Assembly (NCBI RefSeq): GCF_001194135.2
Contig: NC_068998.1
Location: forward strand, 45,152,599-45,216,598
Direction of reading: 5' to 3'
Length of the DNA: 64,000 bases
Source: Octopus bimaculoides
Lineage: Eukaryota
Of this stretch, positions 41,837 through 53,826 are shown piece by piece (position 1 is the stretch's first letter; every line of letters begins with the position of its first letter). The notes under the pieces are model-generated. The model was not told the DNA's origin and did no database searches. It saw nothing but the letters and a program-made list of their open reading frames with translations. Both the position numbers and the translations under genes were made by a program.

Positions 41837-42240
41837 AAGGCGCAGGGGTGGCTGTGTGGTAAGTAGCTTGCTTACCAACCACATGGTTCCGGGTTCATTC
41901 CCACTGTGTGGCACCTTGGGCAAGTGTCTTCTACTATAGCCTCAGGCCAACCAAAGCCTTGTGAGTGGATTTAGTAGATGGAAGCTGAAAGAAGCCCATC
42001 GTATATATATATGTATATATATGTGTGCACATGTGTGTATGTGTGTGTGTTTGTGTGTCTGTGTTTGTCTCCCCCAACATCGCTTGGCAACTGTTGGTAG
42101 TGTATTTACATCCCAGTAACTTAGTAGATCAGCAAAAAGAGACCGATAGAATAAGTACTAGGCTTACAAAGAATAAGTCCTGGGGTCAATTTCCTTTCCA
42201 GCATGGCTGCAGTCAAATGACTGAAACAAGTAAAAGAGAT
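41837..42240 (+). mobile_element. SINE family B, full length
   Basis: ggcgcaggggtggctgtgtggtaag head, B-box gggttcattccc, central (TA/TG)n and gaaacaagtaaaagag tail. Confidence 0.9.
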
Positions 42241-42514
42241 ATTTAGCTGCTAGATTCAACCAGCTGGGAATACTGGTGTCTGTATTATGGCATTGTCCTT
42301 CAAAGTATGTTTCATGCAATTGTTAAACTATCAAGCAGATTTTAAGGATTTTTCATTTACATTGATATTCCTTATAATAATTCTTATTGCAGTATTCTTA
42401 ACTCCTACTCCAAAAGTCATTAATATTGCTGTTATTCCCATATTTTATTTCAGTTCACTCTCTCTTACTACAACTTTTGCACATAAGTTTCTGATGCCAG
42501 GATGTCTATTTGTA

Positions 42515-42705
42515 TTGGTTTCAAATTTAGGCACAAGGTCAGCAATTTCAGGGGAGGAGATAAATCAGTTACATCGATCCCAGTGTTCAAGTGGTATTCA
42601 TTTTATCGACCTCAAAAGGACGAAAGGCAAAGCCAACCTCACCAGAATTTGAACTCAGACCGTAAAAACTGATGAAATGCTAACCATTCTGCCATCTCAC
42701 TGCCT
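42515..42705 (-). mobile_element. SINE family A
   Basis: aaaaggacgaaaggcaaagccaacctc..gaatttgaactcaga. Confidence 0.8.
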
Positions 42706-43719
42706 GATATGTCTATTTATATTAATTTCATTTCAGTACTGATGCTTGCTTCTAACTCTTTTATAGCCTGCTTTCTAACAGAGTATTAGAAATACTATGC
42801 TAATGTCTTGTATTTATAACTAGCTTTATTGGTAAACTACTTTCAAATTATATTTCAATACTCAATTGGTTTTAAAGTAGTTTAGTAATTTCAAAGCATA
42901 TTTACAATGAACCAAGTCAATTGAGACAAGCTATACACTTAATGTCTGTTCTGTGCTTAAAGTGACATACATAATACTAATATATAATTCATATTTCATA
43001 AATGAGGTGGTGAATTGGCATGAGTCGTAAGAGCATTGGGGAAAATTGCTTGTGGTATTTTTTCCATTTCACAACCTGCCAAGGTCAACTTTGCCTATCA
43101 TCCTCCCTGGGTATGTGAAAATAAAGCACATTTCAAGCTACAAGAGTTCAACCTTCTCTACTCCGGCTGTCACATTGTATCCACATGTTCTGATGGATAC
43201 AAAGGCAGTGATTGTGTTTGTATCTATTCCCTACCACACAGGCATCTAAAACATGAGGTGTGAATGCAGGGTTATAACACCACTACTAAGTCATAGTCGA
43301 AGCCAAGTAATGGCTAAGTTACTTCCTGATTAAGGTTCTTTTGTGTTTGTGTAAATGCAAGTTATTATGTAAGAGCTACAGTGTATTTTCAGAATATAGG
43401 GAAAGAACTTCAGTTAACATTTGTGAAATTAGTTTCTTCTAGTTTTCCTTTCCTTCCATGCAAAATAATATTGGTACAAGTAATGTACAAAGTAGAGTGA
43501 AATTCGACAATGGAGCCTTTATACAGTCACTCAGCATGCTAGAAATAGCAGTCATATCTCCCTTTCATCATATCCTACCAGATAAATAAGGAAAGGCCAT
43601 ATTTGCTAATGTAATCCTAAATCCTCTTAAAAGGATGGAAGAAGAATCATAACCTTTGATCATAGATCTGCTTAATTGAGGATGGTTGATCTTTGACAAT
43701 AAACTCACAGTTCACTAGT

Positions 43720-44400
43720 TATGAAGATGAAGGTTCCAGTAGTTGTGATCAGCAGAACAGCTTGCTTATTAAGGCGGTGAGCTGGCAGAAACGTTAGCAC
43801 ACCGGGCGAAATGCTTAGCAGTATTTTGTCTGCCGTTACATTCTGAGTTCAAATTCCGCCGAGGGAATTTATCGGGGTCGATAAATTAAGTACCAGTTAC
43901 GCACTGGGGTGGATGTAATCAACTTAATCCCTTTGTCTGTCCTTGTTTGTCTCCTCTATGTTTAGCCCCTTGTGGGCAGTAAAGAAATAAAGAACAGCTT
44001 GCTTGTGAAATTAACATGAAAGTGACTGAGCACTCCTCAAATGTGTATCCTTAACCCTTTGAGCCCTGGCCTCCTGAACCTTATTTGACCATATACCTGG
44101 CTTCCAGATGCACTCCACTGGTAGAGCGGTGCTACAGTATAGAGAAAAATAAGCCATCCACCAGTAAACCGGTGTTACGGGCTCAAAGGGTTTATGTAGT
44201 TTTCAGAGAGATTCAGTATGATCCAGAATATGACAAGGCTGGCCCTTTGAAAGACAGGTACTACTTCCTTTTGGCAGCTGAATGGACTGGAGCAAGGCAA
44301 AATAAAGTGTCTTGTTCAAGGACATGATGCACCACAGGGAATTGAGCTCACAGCCATATGATCATGAGCTTAATACCCTAACCACTAAGCCATGTGCTTT
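43720..44400 (-). mobile_element. SINE family C variant interrupted by a family A copy
   Basis: C-type sequence lies on both sides of 43771-43990; tRNA-like head at about 44340-44400. Confidence 0.7.
43771..43990 (+). mobile_element. SINE family A, full length with 14-bp TSD
   Basis: TSD agaacagcttgctt at 43754-43767 and 43991-44004. Confidence 0.92.
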
Positions 44401-44536
44401 TACATTCTGTAACTATGTGATAACAACGGCTGGATGCATGTTATGATCTACTAAATGTAAAAGAGGAATCTAATAATTGAAATATTAGTCTGTTGCTATT
44501 GACAAAATAGTTTTGACTCAAATACTGTGTCAGAGA

Positions 44537-44538
<2 letters not shown>

Positions 44539-44583
<45 letters not shown>

Positions 44584-44602
44584 TAACAATAACAATAATA
44601 AT
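44539..44602. repeat. (AAT)n/(AAC)n microsatellite
   Basis: Directly visible. Confidence 0.95.
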
Positions 44603-45139
44603 GTTTAATTTAAAAGAGTTATAGTTATTTCAGTATAATAAACTGAGAATAAAAACAAAAAAAGTTGGTGGGAGTAAAGCAGATTTGCAAATCTGACAAA
44701 CACTTCACAGTGAAGGTAGCCAGGAATAAAACCAATGATAAATATAAATCTAGTGATTCAAGTCAACAGGTAATTTTGGCAGCTCTCCATATAACTTTCA
44801 GTGAAAAAAAAAAAAAAAATGAAAACAATAGACTTTTTTTTTCAAATATTATTTTTGTTCTTTTACTGGTTTCTATCATTGAATTCTGGCCAAATTGTCT
44901 TCAAGGACATATGATGATCATATTAACTCTGTGCTTATATCAATATGATTTTTCCCCAATCTTTATTTCTCAAACCCCCTAAGTTAATGTTTTGACATCA
45001 CAGTACACATCTTCCAAATAATACTTGTAGTCCATTGGTCAGACAGAGGTTAAAATAGATGAAAATTGTAAAGTGCTGAGCAGTGACAATGAACCTGGAA
45101 CCATGTAGCTGCAAAACAAACTTCTTAGCCAAATAGTTA

Positions 45140-45185
<46 letters not shown>

Positions 45186-46319
45186 CAATGTTAATTCTCA
45201 CACACATATATATATATATATTCTCTTTCTATGACGTTTAGAGGAATTCCCTTGCTTTTCTTTAGATTGATGGTGCTATGTATGTAATATGTCTTAATCA
45301 ACTTAAATATAACAAGGCAAATGTTATAAGATTTTTTTTAATAGCAGGAAGTGTTTTGCTGAAAGAACAGCTAATGTACAGATGGATTATCTTCTATATT
45401 CTCTGTTACCATTTTCTGTAAACAAAATCTATGGGGTTCTTGAATGTTTATCTGAGTTCATGTAAATGTAACTGAAAGTCATTTTTGATGTGGTTATCTT
45501 TCTCACGTTACTAAACACTACTACTCTCTTTTTGATTAATGTGAACATCATCCACCTTTTCCTCTTATGTGTTACTGCACTTACTTCTGTTAACCTGTTT
45601 TTATATTCTTATGACATCCATTAATATCAGCCTGTTCTTTGAAGCTAAGCAAATTAGTTTCAATTCCAGCTGAGATTCCACTTTGATAAATTTATCTGCT
45701 GCAGAGAGAAAATTATGAAGGTTTGCAATTTAATATCTGCTGGAGACATTTGATTGTATGGACATAACACATGTTTCAGTTTACCAATCTGTCAGAAATA
45801 GATAACAAAAGTTTTGCAACCTTCTTTGTAATAGTGTAGTGTGCTATTCAGAACCAAAACTCCTGTTTCATGACTTCATATTACTCAAAGAAACCTCATC
45901 AGTGATTTTGTGTTAGTTTTTTTTTGTTTTTTGTTTTTCTTGTCCTGGCTTAATGCTGGTTAGACAAACATACATAACATCACATCCCACCATCTGTCAC
46001 CAGCTTGCATCACTTGCTAAGTGAAGCTCAATGTTCACAGGTCATAACTACATCTTTTCCTTCCAAGTTTTCTTTGCTTTATCACAGTCACTCATAACAT
46101 CCATCTCTACCGCTGGTAATGTACTAGTAACTTCTCTCACCTATTTACAACAATTCATTCATTCTGTTTTTGCTATACTAAAAAGCTGAAGGGGAAATTC
46201 TTTCAAAACCTTTTATTGATTTTATTGGTCATATAATTTCACTTTCTTTTCTTCCCAAACAATATTTCTTGTTCTTATTTAATTATCAATACTTTTATTT
46301 TCATGTTTATTTTCCAATT

Positions 46320-46726
46320 ACTCTTTTACTCTTTTACTTGTTTCAGTCATTTGACTGTGGCCAGGCTGGAGCACCGTCTTTAGTCGAGCAAATCGACCCC
46401 AGAACTTATTCTTTGGAAGCCTAGTACTTATTCTATCGGTCTCTTTTTGCCGAACCGCTAAATTACAGGAACATAAACACACCAGCATCGGTTGTCAAGC
46501 CATGTTGGAGGGACAAACACAGACACAAACATATACACATACATACATATATATACACATATACAACAGGCTTCTTTCAGTTTCTGTCTACAAAATCCTC
46601 CCACAAGGCTTTGGTCGGCCCGAGGGTATAGTAGAAGACACTTACCCAAGGTGCCACGCAGTGGGACTGAACCTGGAACCATGTGGTTGGTAAGCAAGCT
46701 ACTTACCACACAGCCACTCCTGCTCC
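46320..46726 (-). mobile_element. SINE family B, full length, flanked by ~100-bp direct repeats
   Basis: Complete reverse copy of family B; 46223-46319 is repeated at 46727-46826. Confidence 0.9.
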
Positions 46727-47137
46727 TATTGGTCACATTATAATTTCACTTTCTTTTCTTCCCAAACAATATTTCTTGTTCTTATTTAATTATCAACGCT
46801 TTTATCTTCATGACTATTTTCCAATTGTTCACTTACTCTTCTTGTTTTATTCCATGGTTTATGAAACACATCTAACTTTCCTTATCAATAATGTATAACT
46901 CTAAATATTTACAAAAACCCCATATAGTAAGGATCTGTGAGACTCTGAGACTTTAGATTTCAAATCTTCAACAAATTTATTGTAATTGATTTACAAAATG
47001 TTTTTTAAAAACTTGGAAATATTTTCATGCCATTAAAATACACATTCCATATTGTTTTATTTTATTTTATCAATACTTCTGTTTCCATTTGACCTTTTTA
47101 TTTATTAATTATTTATTTTACTTTTTTAGATTAAACC

Positions 47138-47180
<43 letters not shown>

Positions 47181-47280
47181 NNNNNNNNNNNNNNNNNNNN
47201 NNNNNNNNNNNNNNNNNNNNNNNNNNNNNNNNNNNNNNNNNNNNNNNNNNNNNNNNNNNNNNNNNNNNNNNNNNNNNNNN

Positions 47281-47320
<40 letters not shown>

Positions 47321-47644
47321 CACACACCATGTAGCTAGAAACATTAGCACACATGTCAGCTGTGATGGCACATTTGGCAAGCATTTAACTATTGATAATG
47401 CTTACCCATTCTTCCCAAGATAACGGAATAACTAATATAGTACGTACTAACAGACAGACATGTATGAGGTGCCTGTTTATACTTTTATACTTCTGTGTGT
47501 TTTTTGCAGTGTTGCATGGGAGGAATGGTAATTGCGTACTTGGACATTTGTATGCTGCCTATTATAAATGTTAGCCAATAAACTGACCACTGAATGTGTG
47601 TATCAAAATACAAGATAAATATATCTTTGTTCAACGCCTCCCAG

Positions 47645-47686
47645 ATCAGAATAACCATAAACTGATTTTTAACCCAGCTGCTTCAG
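47645..47686 (+). other. Candidate 42-nt symmetric exon
   Basis: tctttgttcaacgcctcccag|ATCAGAAT...GCTTCAG|gtaaag; phase 1, reads DQNNHKLIFNPAAS; no homology recognised. Confidence 0.2.
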
Positions 47687-47921
47687 GTAAAGGAAGGTAT
47701 TTTGGAAGAAAACCGACATTTAAAAGAGTACACACTAGCTGCAATATCACAGAACAAGGTGTTTATTGTGTCTCAGAGTTCATGGCTCTCTTCTTTCAAA
47801 TTTCCCTTAGTTTATCTTCTGCATGTTCTCTTAGCCTTCATTGATTTTATTTTATTAATAATAATGTTGAATATATTAATAATAATGAGACTAATGGCAA
47901 TGGCAGAATTATCTTTATTAC

Positions 47922-47963
<42 letters not shown>

Positions 47964-48092
47964 CATTGAGTGAGAGAGCAAAGCACACCATCAAAGTGAC
48001 ACTGGGGTACAAATATACGAAGCCCATTATACCCATCATGACTACCCGTCTGATAAGGGAGAACCAGGCACATGCATCACAACCATATGTGC
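47964..48092 (+). mobile_element. Family F 5' fragment between (ATT)n tracts
   Basis: ttgagtgagagagca..ccatcaaagtgacactgggg..catgactacccgtctgataaggg is the reverse of 10510-10640. Confidence 0.85.
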
Positions 48093-48099
48093 TTATTAC

Positions 48100-48152
<53 letters not shown>

Positions 48153-48153
<1 letters not shown>

Positions 48154-48810
48154 GGTGAACTGGCAGAATCGTTAGCAAGCTGGATGAAATGCTTAGCAGT
48201 ATTTCACTCGATGCATTATGAGTTCAACTTCCTCTGAGATCAGCTTTGCCTTTCATCCTTTCGGGTCGATAAATCAAGTACCAGTTGTGCACAAGGGTCG
48301 ATTTAATTTTCTAGTCCCCTCCCCAAAAATTTCAGGCTTTGTGCCTTTAATGCAGAAGATTATTATTACTATTAAGGCGGCGAGCTGGCTGAATCATTAG
48401 CACGCCGGGCAAAATGCTTAGCGGTATTTCGTCTGCCGTTACGTTCTGAGTTCAAATTCCGCCGAGGTCGACTTTGCCTTTCATCCTTTCAGGGTCAATA
48501 AATTAAGTACCAGTTATGCACTGGGGTCGATGTAATCGACTTAATCCCTTTGTCTGTCCTTATTTGTCCCCTTTGTGTTTAGCCCTTTGTGGGCAGTAAA
48601 GAAATGAGCATCATTAGCATACCAGGCAAAATGCTTTGCAGCATTTTGTCTGTCTTCATGTTCTGAGATCAAACTCTGCCAAGGTTGATTTTGCCTTTCA
48701 TCCTTTCAGGGTTGATAAAATAAGTAGCAGTTGAACACTGGAGCTGATGTAACTGATTTATGCTCCTCCTTCAAAACGGCTAGCCTTGGGCCAAAACTTG
48801 AACTCATTAT
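48153..48810 (+). mobile_element. Three head-to-tail SINE family A copies (48153-48350, 48374-48604, 48608-48810)
   Basis: The core tttgcctttcatcctttc occurs three times. Confidence 0.9.
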
Positions 48811-50053
48811 TAGTGTATAGAGTGGGGGATGAAGTATACTCCTGTTTTACAAAGACTATTCTGGTGCTAATGCAAAAACAAAGCATTATTTAGTTCAAAT
48901 TGTGGAGTGCCCTGCTTGTTTGTTTGCAAGTGCATACATACACTGAACACCACTTCAAAAGCTATGACCACACAATGAAGGAATCATCAAAGAGACAAAG
49001 AAATATGTTTGCTATAAAATGATGCATGCTCTGATCAATTAGTGCAATACAGACAAACGATTGCTACATAATGTCAAGTCTTTCACAGTCAAAGATGCTT
49101 TGTTAATGGTCTTTGCTTCTTAGGATTACATCAAACCATCAACAGTCCAGCTTGATGATAGAAAAAAAACATTGTAAACATAGTAACCATATTTTTCATG
49201 TAATAATACTTAGTGAAGCCTCGTTTTTAAACTTTTGCTTGTACTAGGCTATCTGAACAATTTTCCAAGCAAAATACTCCTCCATATTCTCATCTGGATA
49301 ATTAAGGACTAACTGAACTCAGTAAAGACTGGAGTTAAATATTATAATTGGTTGTGGGCTGAAACTTCACAAATCATTACTTTGATTTTTCTATTTCTCA
49401 GCCATCAAATGATATTTTTTCTGTATTCATATATATATANNNNNNNNNNNNNNNNNNNNNNNNNNNNNNNNNNNNNNNNNNNNNNNNNNNNNNNNNNNNN
49501 NNNNNNNNNNNNNNNNNNNNNNNNNNNNNNNNNNNNNNNNNNNNNNNNNNNNNNNNNNNNNNNNNNNNNNNNNNNNNNNNNNNNNNNNNNNNNNNNNNNN
49601 NNNNNNNNNNNNNNNNNNNNNNNNNNNNNNNNNNNNNNNNNNNNNNNNNNNNNNNNNNNNNNNNNNNNNNNNNNNNNNNNNNNNNNNNNNNNNNNNNNNN
49701 NNNNNNNNNNNNNNNNNNNNNNNNNNNNNNNNNNNNNNNNNNNNNNNNNNNNNNNNNNNNNNNNNNNNNNNNNNNNNNNNNNNNNNNNNNNNNNNNNNNN
49801 NNNNNNNNNNNNNNNNNNNNNNNNNNNNNNNNNNNNNNNNNNNNNNNNNNNNNNNNNNNNNNNNNNNNNNNNNNNNNNNNNNNNNNNNNNNNNNNNNNNN
49901 NNNNNNNNNNNNNNNNNNNNNNNNNNNNNNNNNNNNNNNNNNNNNNNNNNNNNNNNNNNNNNNNNNNNNNNNNNNNNNNNNNNNNNNNNNNNNNNNNNNN
50001 NNNNNNNNNNNNNNNNNNNNNNNNNNNNNNNNNNNNNNNNNNNNNNNNNNNNN

Positions 50054-50440
50054 TTTGAAGTTCAATGGTAATTCATGTATATAATGGTTGGAAAAATAAG
50101 GATGCATGAAAATTGAGAGTTGTGTTAGGTTTTAAAAAAGGCTTAAAAGTTTGTGTTAAGCAGGAAGTGTGGTGTCAAAACAGGAAGTGTGTGTAAGGGG
50201 AGACAAATCTTTTTAGTTGGAGTTATGAACTCTTTTTTTCAACAGGAAGTTTATGTCTGTTCCTAGAGAAATAAGGTCACTGAGGGGCATGTGTGTTAAG
50301 AAATGGTTTGAATTTCTCTATGAAAAGATTCTCCTTGATTCTTTCTTGTGTGGAGATTCTGTCTTTACATTGATAAAAAGGGAATATAAGGAATTTAGGG
50401 TTTTTGTTTCTGGTACAAGAGTCTATATGATATACTTCTA
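50054..50440 (-). mobile_element. Penelope-like element 3' end: GIY-YIG endonuclease C-terminus plus 3' UTR/pLTR
   Basis: ORF 50277-50462 contains HIDSCTRNKNPKFLIFPFYQCKDRISTQERIKENLFIEKFKPFLN, matching the PLE GIY-YIG tail pattern HI..C....F.I.P...R..E...I..F.P.LN. The downstream part runs into the gap. Confidence 0.75.
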
Positions 50441-50569
50441 TTAAAGCTGCAAAAATTATCACGACTGTTATTCAGACATTCACATTCTATTTGTTGGACA
50501 AACATATTAATTTACCTTCAGTATTCAAGTACTGATTTTTCCACCTTGCTTTGTATTTATGTGCTCACC

Positions 50570-50602
<33 letters not shown>

Positions 50603-51612
50603 TTAGCAGAAACAACAGAGTGATTCAAGAGCCGAGATTTTCATGCATTGGTACTTATCAAACACTGGGTTTCTCTGCAGTTTCTATTACGCAAATACCA
50701 TTCACAGTTTATAAGTCAACCAAGAAGACATTTACCCAATAAGCTGTATGGTTGGGGGACTGGACTTATGACCATGTGGTTTTTAAAGCAAACTTCCCAC
50801 TCACATAAGCATGCCAGCACCTATAAACATACACAGACTAAACACTTATACATTATTCAGGTGTACAAGTTTTCCTAGAAGCTTATCCCTGAGTTAGCAC
50901 ACCTCTTGCACCATCCAGGCACTGGCTTGGTTATAGCCAATATATTACAACTTTTAAACCACGTCTTTGTGAAGAAATTAGACATAAATGACCTTGCACA
51001 ATCAAAAGAAGCTGTTTCAATCTTCTACTCATTAACTTAATTGGATAAATAATCACTTTTTCTAGTCGTCACAAATTTATTTTTCTCTTCTAAATCAAAT
51101 TTTAAACTTAAACAGAAGAAGTCTATTTTTGCATTTGGTTATTTTCATTATTTTGAAAGACAGGGGAATAGATATACATTCAGACATAAAAACACACAGA
51201 TCTATCAATATATATATATACATATGCTGTCCAAATTTTAAAATGTATCGTAATGACAAGTGTTATAAAGAAACAGTGAACTGTTACTACAAATAAAATC
51301 TTTTTCGAACACACATATACATATGGCCCTCTCTCTCTCTCTCTTTCTCTCTCTCTCAATATGTAGCTGTGCAGTCAATAGATGGTGGCCAAGAACACAG
51401 AAAACACTAAAACTTGAGTAGGAATTGCCCTTAACCTGCAACAATTAATGAGATTTTTGATAGTTGCTATTTTGGACCTTCAGCTCTTTGTTGTCATTTA
51501 TTTGTTATATAAATGTTCAATATTGAGAGATTTATTGTTATATTTCTATGAATTATTCGCCTCATAATAAATTTTAAGTATTGATAAATGATGAATTGTT
51601 TATTTGTCTCAG

Positions 51613-51656
51613 TCTCTCTTCTACTGCTACAAATAAGTCACTACTCCACTGAATCG
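51613..51656 (+). other. Candidate 44-nt exon
   Basis: ttgtttatttgtctcag|TCTCTC...GAATCG|gtaagc; one open frame, SLLLLQISHYSTES. Confidence 0.2.
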
Positions 51657-52094
51657 GTAAGCTGAATTTCATTGAAAAATACTCAGTGTCCACCTGTCCT
51701 CTTCTCTGTTGCACCAATTGTAGCCTTTCGTGGTTCGGTACTGGGGTCAATGTTAATGCCTCCCCTGAAATTGCTGGCCTTGTGACAAAATTTGAAACCA
51801 GTATTATGTTAAGGTTAATTGTATTTGCCAAAGCTACAGAGCATTATCAGGGATAGTATATAAATTGGTAAATTTTAAAATCCAAATGGTTGCAACATTA
51901 TAAAAAGCAACTAGATGTAAAAACTACCAAGTTTATAATAATAAGAATTACATAAAACATCAGCGCTGTATAATAACCCAAGTAATTACTAACCTAAAAA
52001 TAATTGTTTTGATACAGTTCATAATTATAGATCTAACAGAAAATAGATCAACAAATTTTAAAATAAAAAATGGAAACAACTTCTCTTCCTTTAG

Positions 52095-52163
52095 TTCTAA
52101 ATTTGCTGCTGGAACCACAATAATCAGATATTCCTGATTAGGAAAACTAAATATGTCTGAGAG
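52095..52163 (+). other. Candidate 69-nt UTR/start exon
   Basis: cttctcttcctttag|...AATATGTCTGAGAG|gtgagg; all frames are closed upstream of the ATG at 52153. Confidence 0.2.
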
Positions 52164-52369
52164 GTGAGGTTTAATAGAATGGTTAATATACAGTCAACTT
52201 CATTCCTCTGACCATCTATTTCAAGAGTGTGTTCCACTATAACAATTAATGGTAAACTTCCAAAAATATGTGTAAATATATTAGGAAGTTTCATTCATCC
52301 AACAACCACCCATTAAAATTGGAGCTTCCAAGGGACTTTGATTAAAGTAAAGATCATCATTTTAGCCAA

Positions 52370-52630
52370 GGTATATGGCGTGGTGGTTAAGAGTGTGGGC
52401 TACTAACCCCAAGATTCCGAGTTCGATTTGAAGCAGTGACCTGAACAACAACAACAACCACAATGATAATAATAATAATAATATCATCGAAAAATACCTT
52501 AGGAATGAGAATCCAGGTTCGAAATTTCCCCAAGACACCTGTTGAAGGCTGGAGGGTATATCAGCCGAAACATGTTAGCAACAAACAAGATGAGGACAAA
52601 TATCTGTCAAATGTAAATAATGTAAATAAA
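52370..52630 (+). mobile_element. tRNA-headed SINE family G carrying a hammerhead-like motif
   Basis: A-box tggcgtggtgg, B-box gagttcgattt, (AAC/AAT)n linker, then gacac-ctgttga-a-ggctg(gagggtatat)cagcc-gaaac at 52534-52571. Paralogue at 60915-61202 (-). Confidence 0.85.
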
Positions 52631-52746
52631 GTATGAATATTTTTTTAAATATGTACCATTTCTGTTAAAGTATTTTATTGGTTTAACCCAAGCTCTAATA
52701 ACTTAGATCATTTGTCTGAATTATCTACATCAACAGGCTCATCACA

Positions 52747-53000
52747 CTTCATCATCATCATCATCATCATCATTTAACGTTTGTTGTCCATACAAGCATA
52801 GGTTGGTTGGTGTGACCAGAGCTGGCTCCACTTTGATTTGGTATGGTTTCTACAGCTGCATGCCCTTCCTAATACCAACTTCTTTACAGAGTGTACTGGG
52901 CAATTTTACGCAATACTGCACAGACACTTTTACACAGCACCGTACTGGTGCTTTTATGTGTCACTGCACAGGGGCATGGGGGCCTTTACCTGGAACCACC
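52747..53000 (-). mobile_element. Family E, diverged copy
   Basis: (CAT)n then catttaacgtttg..ccat..gcataggttgg..ttctacagctgcatgcccttcctaatacca. Confidence 0.7.
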
Positions 53001-53373
53001 ATGAGTGCTTTACACAACCAGAAGGATAGATTTTAACACTCCTGTTGTGAGATACAGGTCTTATTGAGTATGGCCAGGTGCCAGGTATTTCAATCCTTCG
53101 TTATTTCGCCTGAAAGGTTGTTTCCTGAGTCTGAATCTGCGACTTTCTGCAACGTGTTTCTTGCTCCTTTTCCTGTTCAATTCCTAACCAGAAATAAACT
53201 TTGAATTCCAGAAAAGCTTCTATCAAACATTATAATGTCAATAAGGTGACTCTGAAAATTATTTTAGGAAATGATTGCAGCACTTATGTTTCTATAAATA
53301 TATGATTTACTTATAATTAAAGCAGAGAATGAGAAATAGGTTGGAACAGTGTTAAAAATGTGTTGATAGAACA

Positions 53374-53826
53374 CAGCGTTGGATTAAGATCCATACAGAC
53401 CCTAAGCGCTTAAAGGGTTTTGGTGCCCTCAAGTATATGCTAATGGTTCAAAATGTGAACAAAAATAATTTAAAATGTAAACAATGATAAACCATAAAAT
53501 ATGTTTTTTATTTTTCAAAATGAAACAAAATTAACAGTTAGATCGAACATAAAGTCTAATTTTACACGCTTCCGTTTTATTTATATTTGAAAAATTTTCT
53601 GCATTTTTTTTTTTTTATTTGTGAAATGTTTGATGATATTGTTAAAATTAATTTTATGTAAAACTTCTGCTTCTATACTTAGTAGAGATAAGGCATTACA
53701 AATATTATTTCAGCAAGTTTAAAGTGATTTCTTTTGTGCCACAAACCATTTTCATTTCTGTGGAGCCCCTGTCCCCAGATGCCCTAAGCACGTGCTTATT
53801 TTGTTTAATGTGTTAATCCAGTGCTG
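53374..53826. mobile_element. hAT MITE
   Basis: TIRs cagcgttggattaa / ttaatccagtgctg, subterminal ccctaagc motifs at both ends, and 8-bp TSD atagaaca / ataaaaca. Confidence 0.85.

Noticed and set aside
45585-45698. Strong minus-strand acceptor (ttttctctctgcag) and donor (gtaagt) pair
   Set aside because: Stops in all three frames; at best a non-coding exon.
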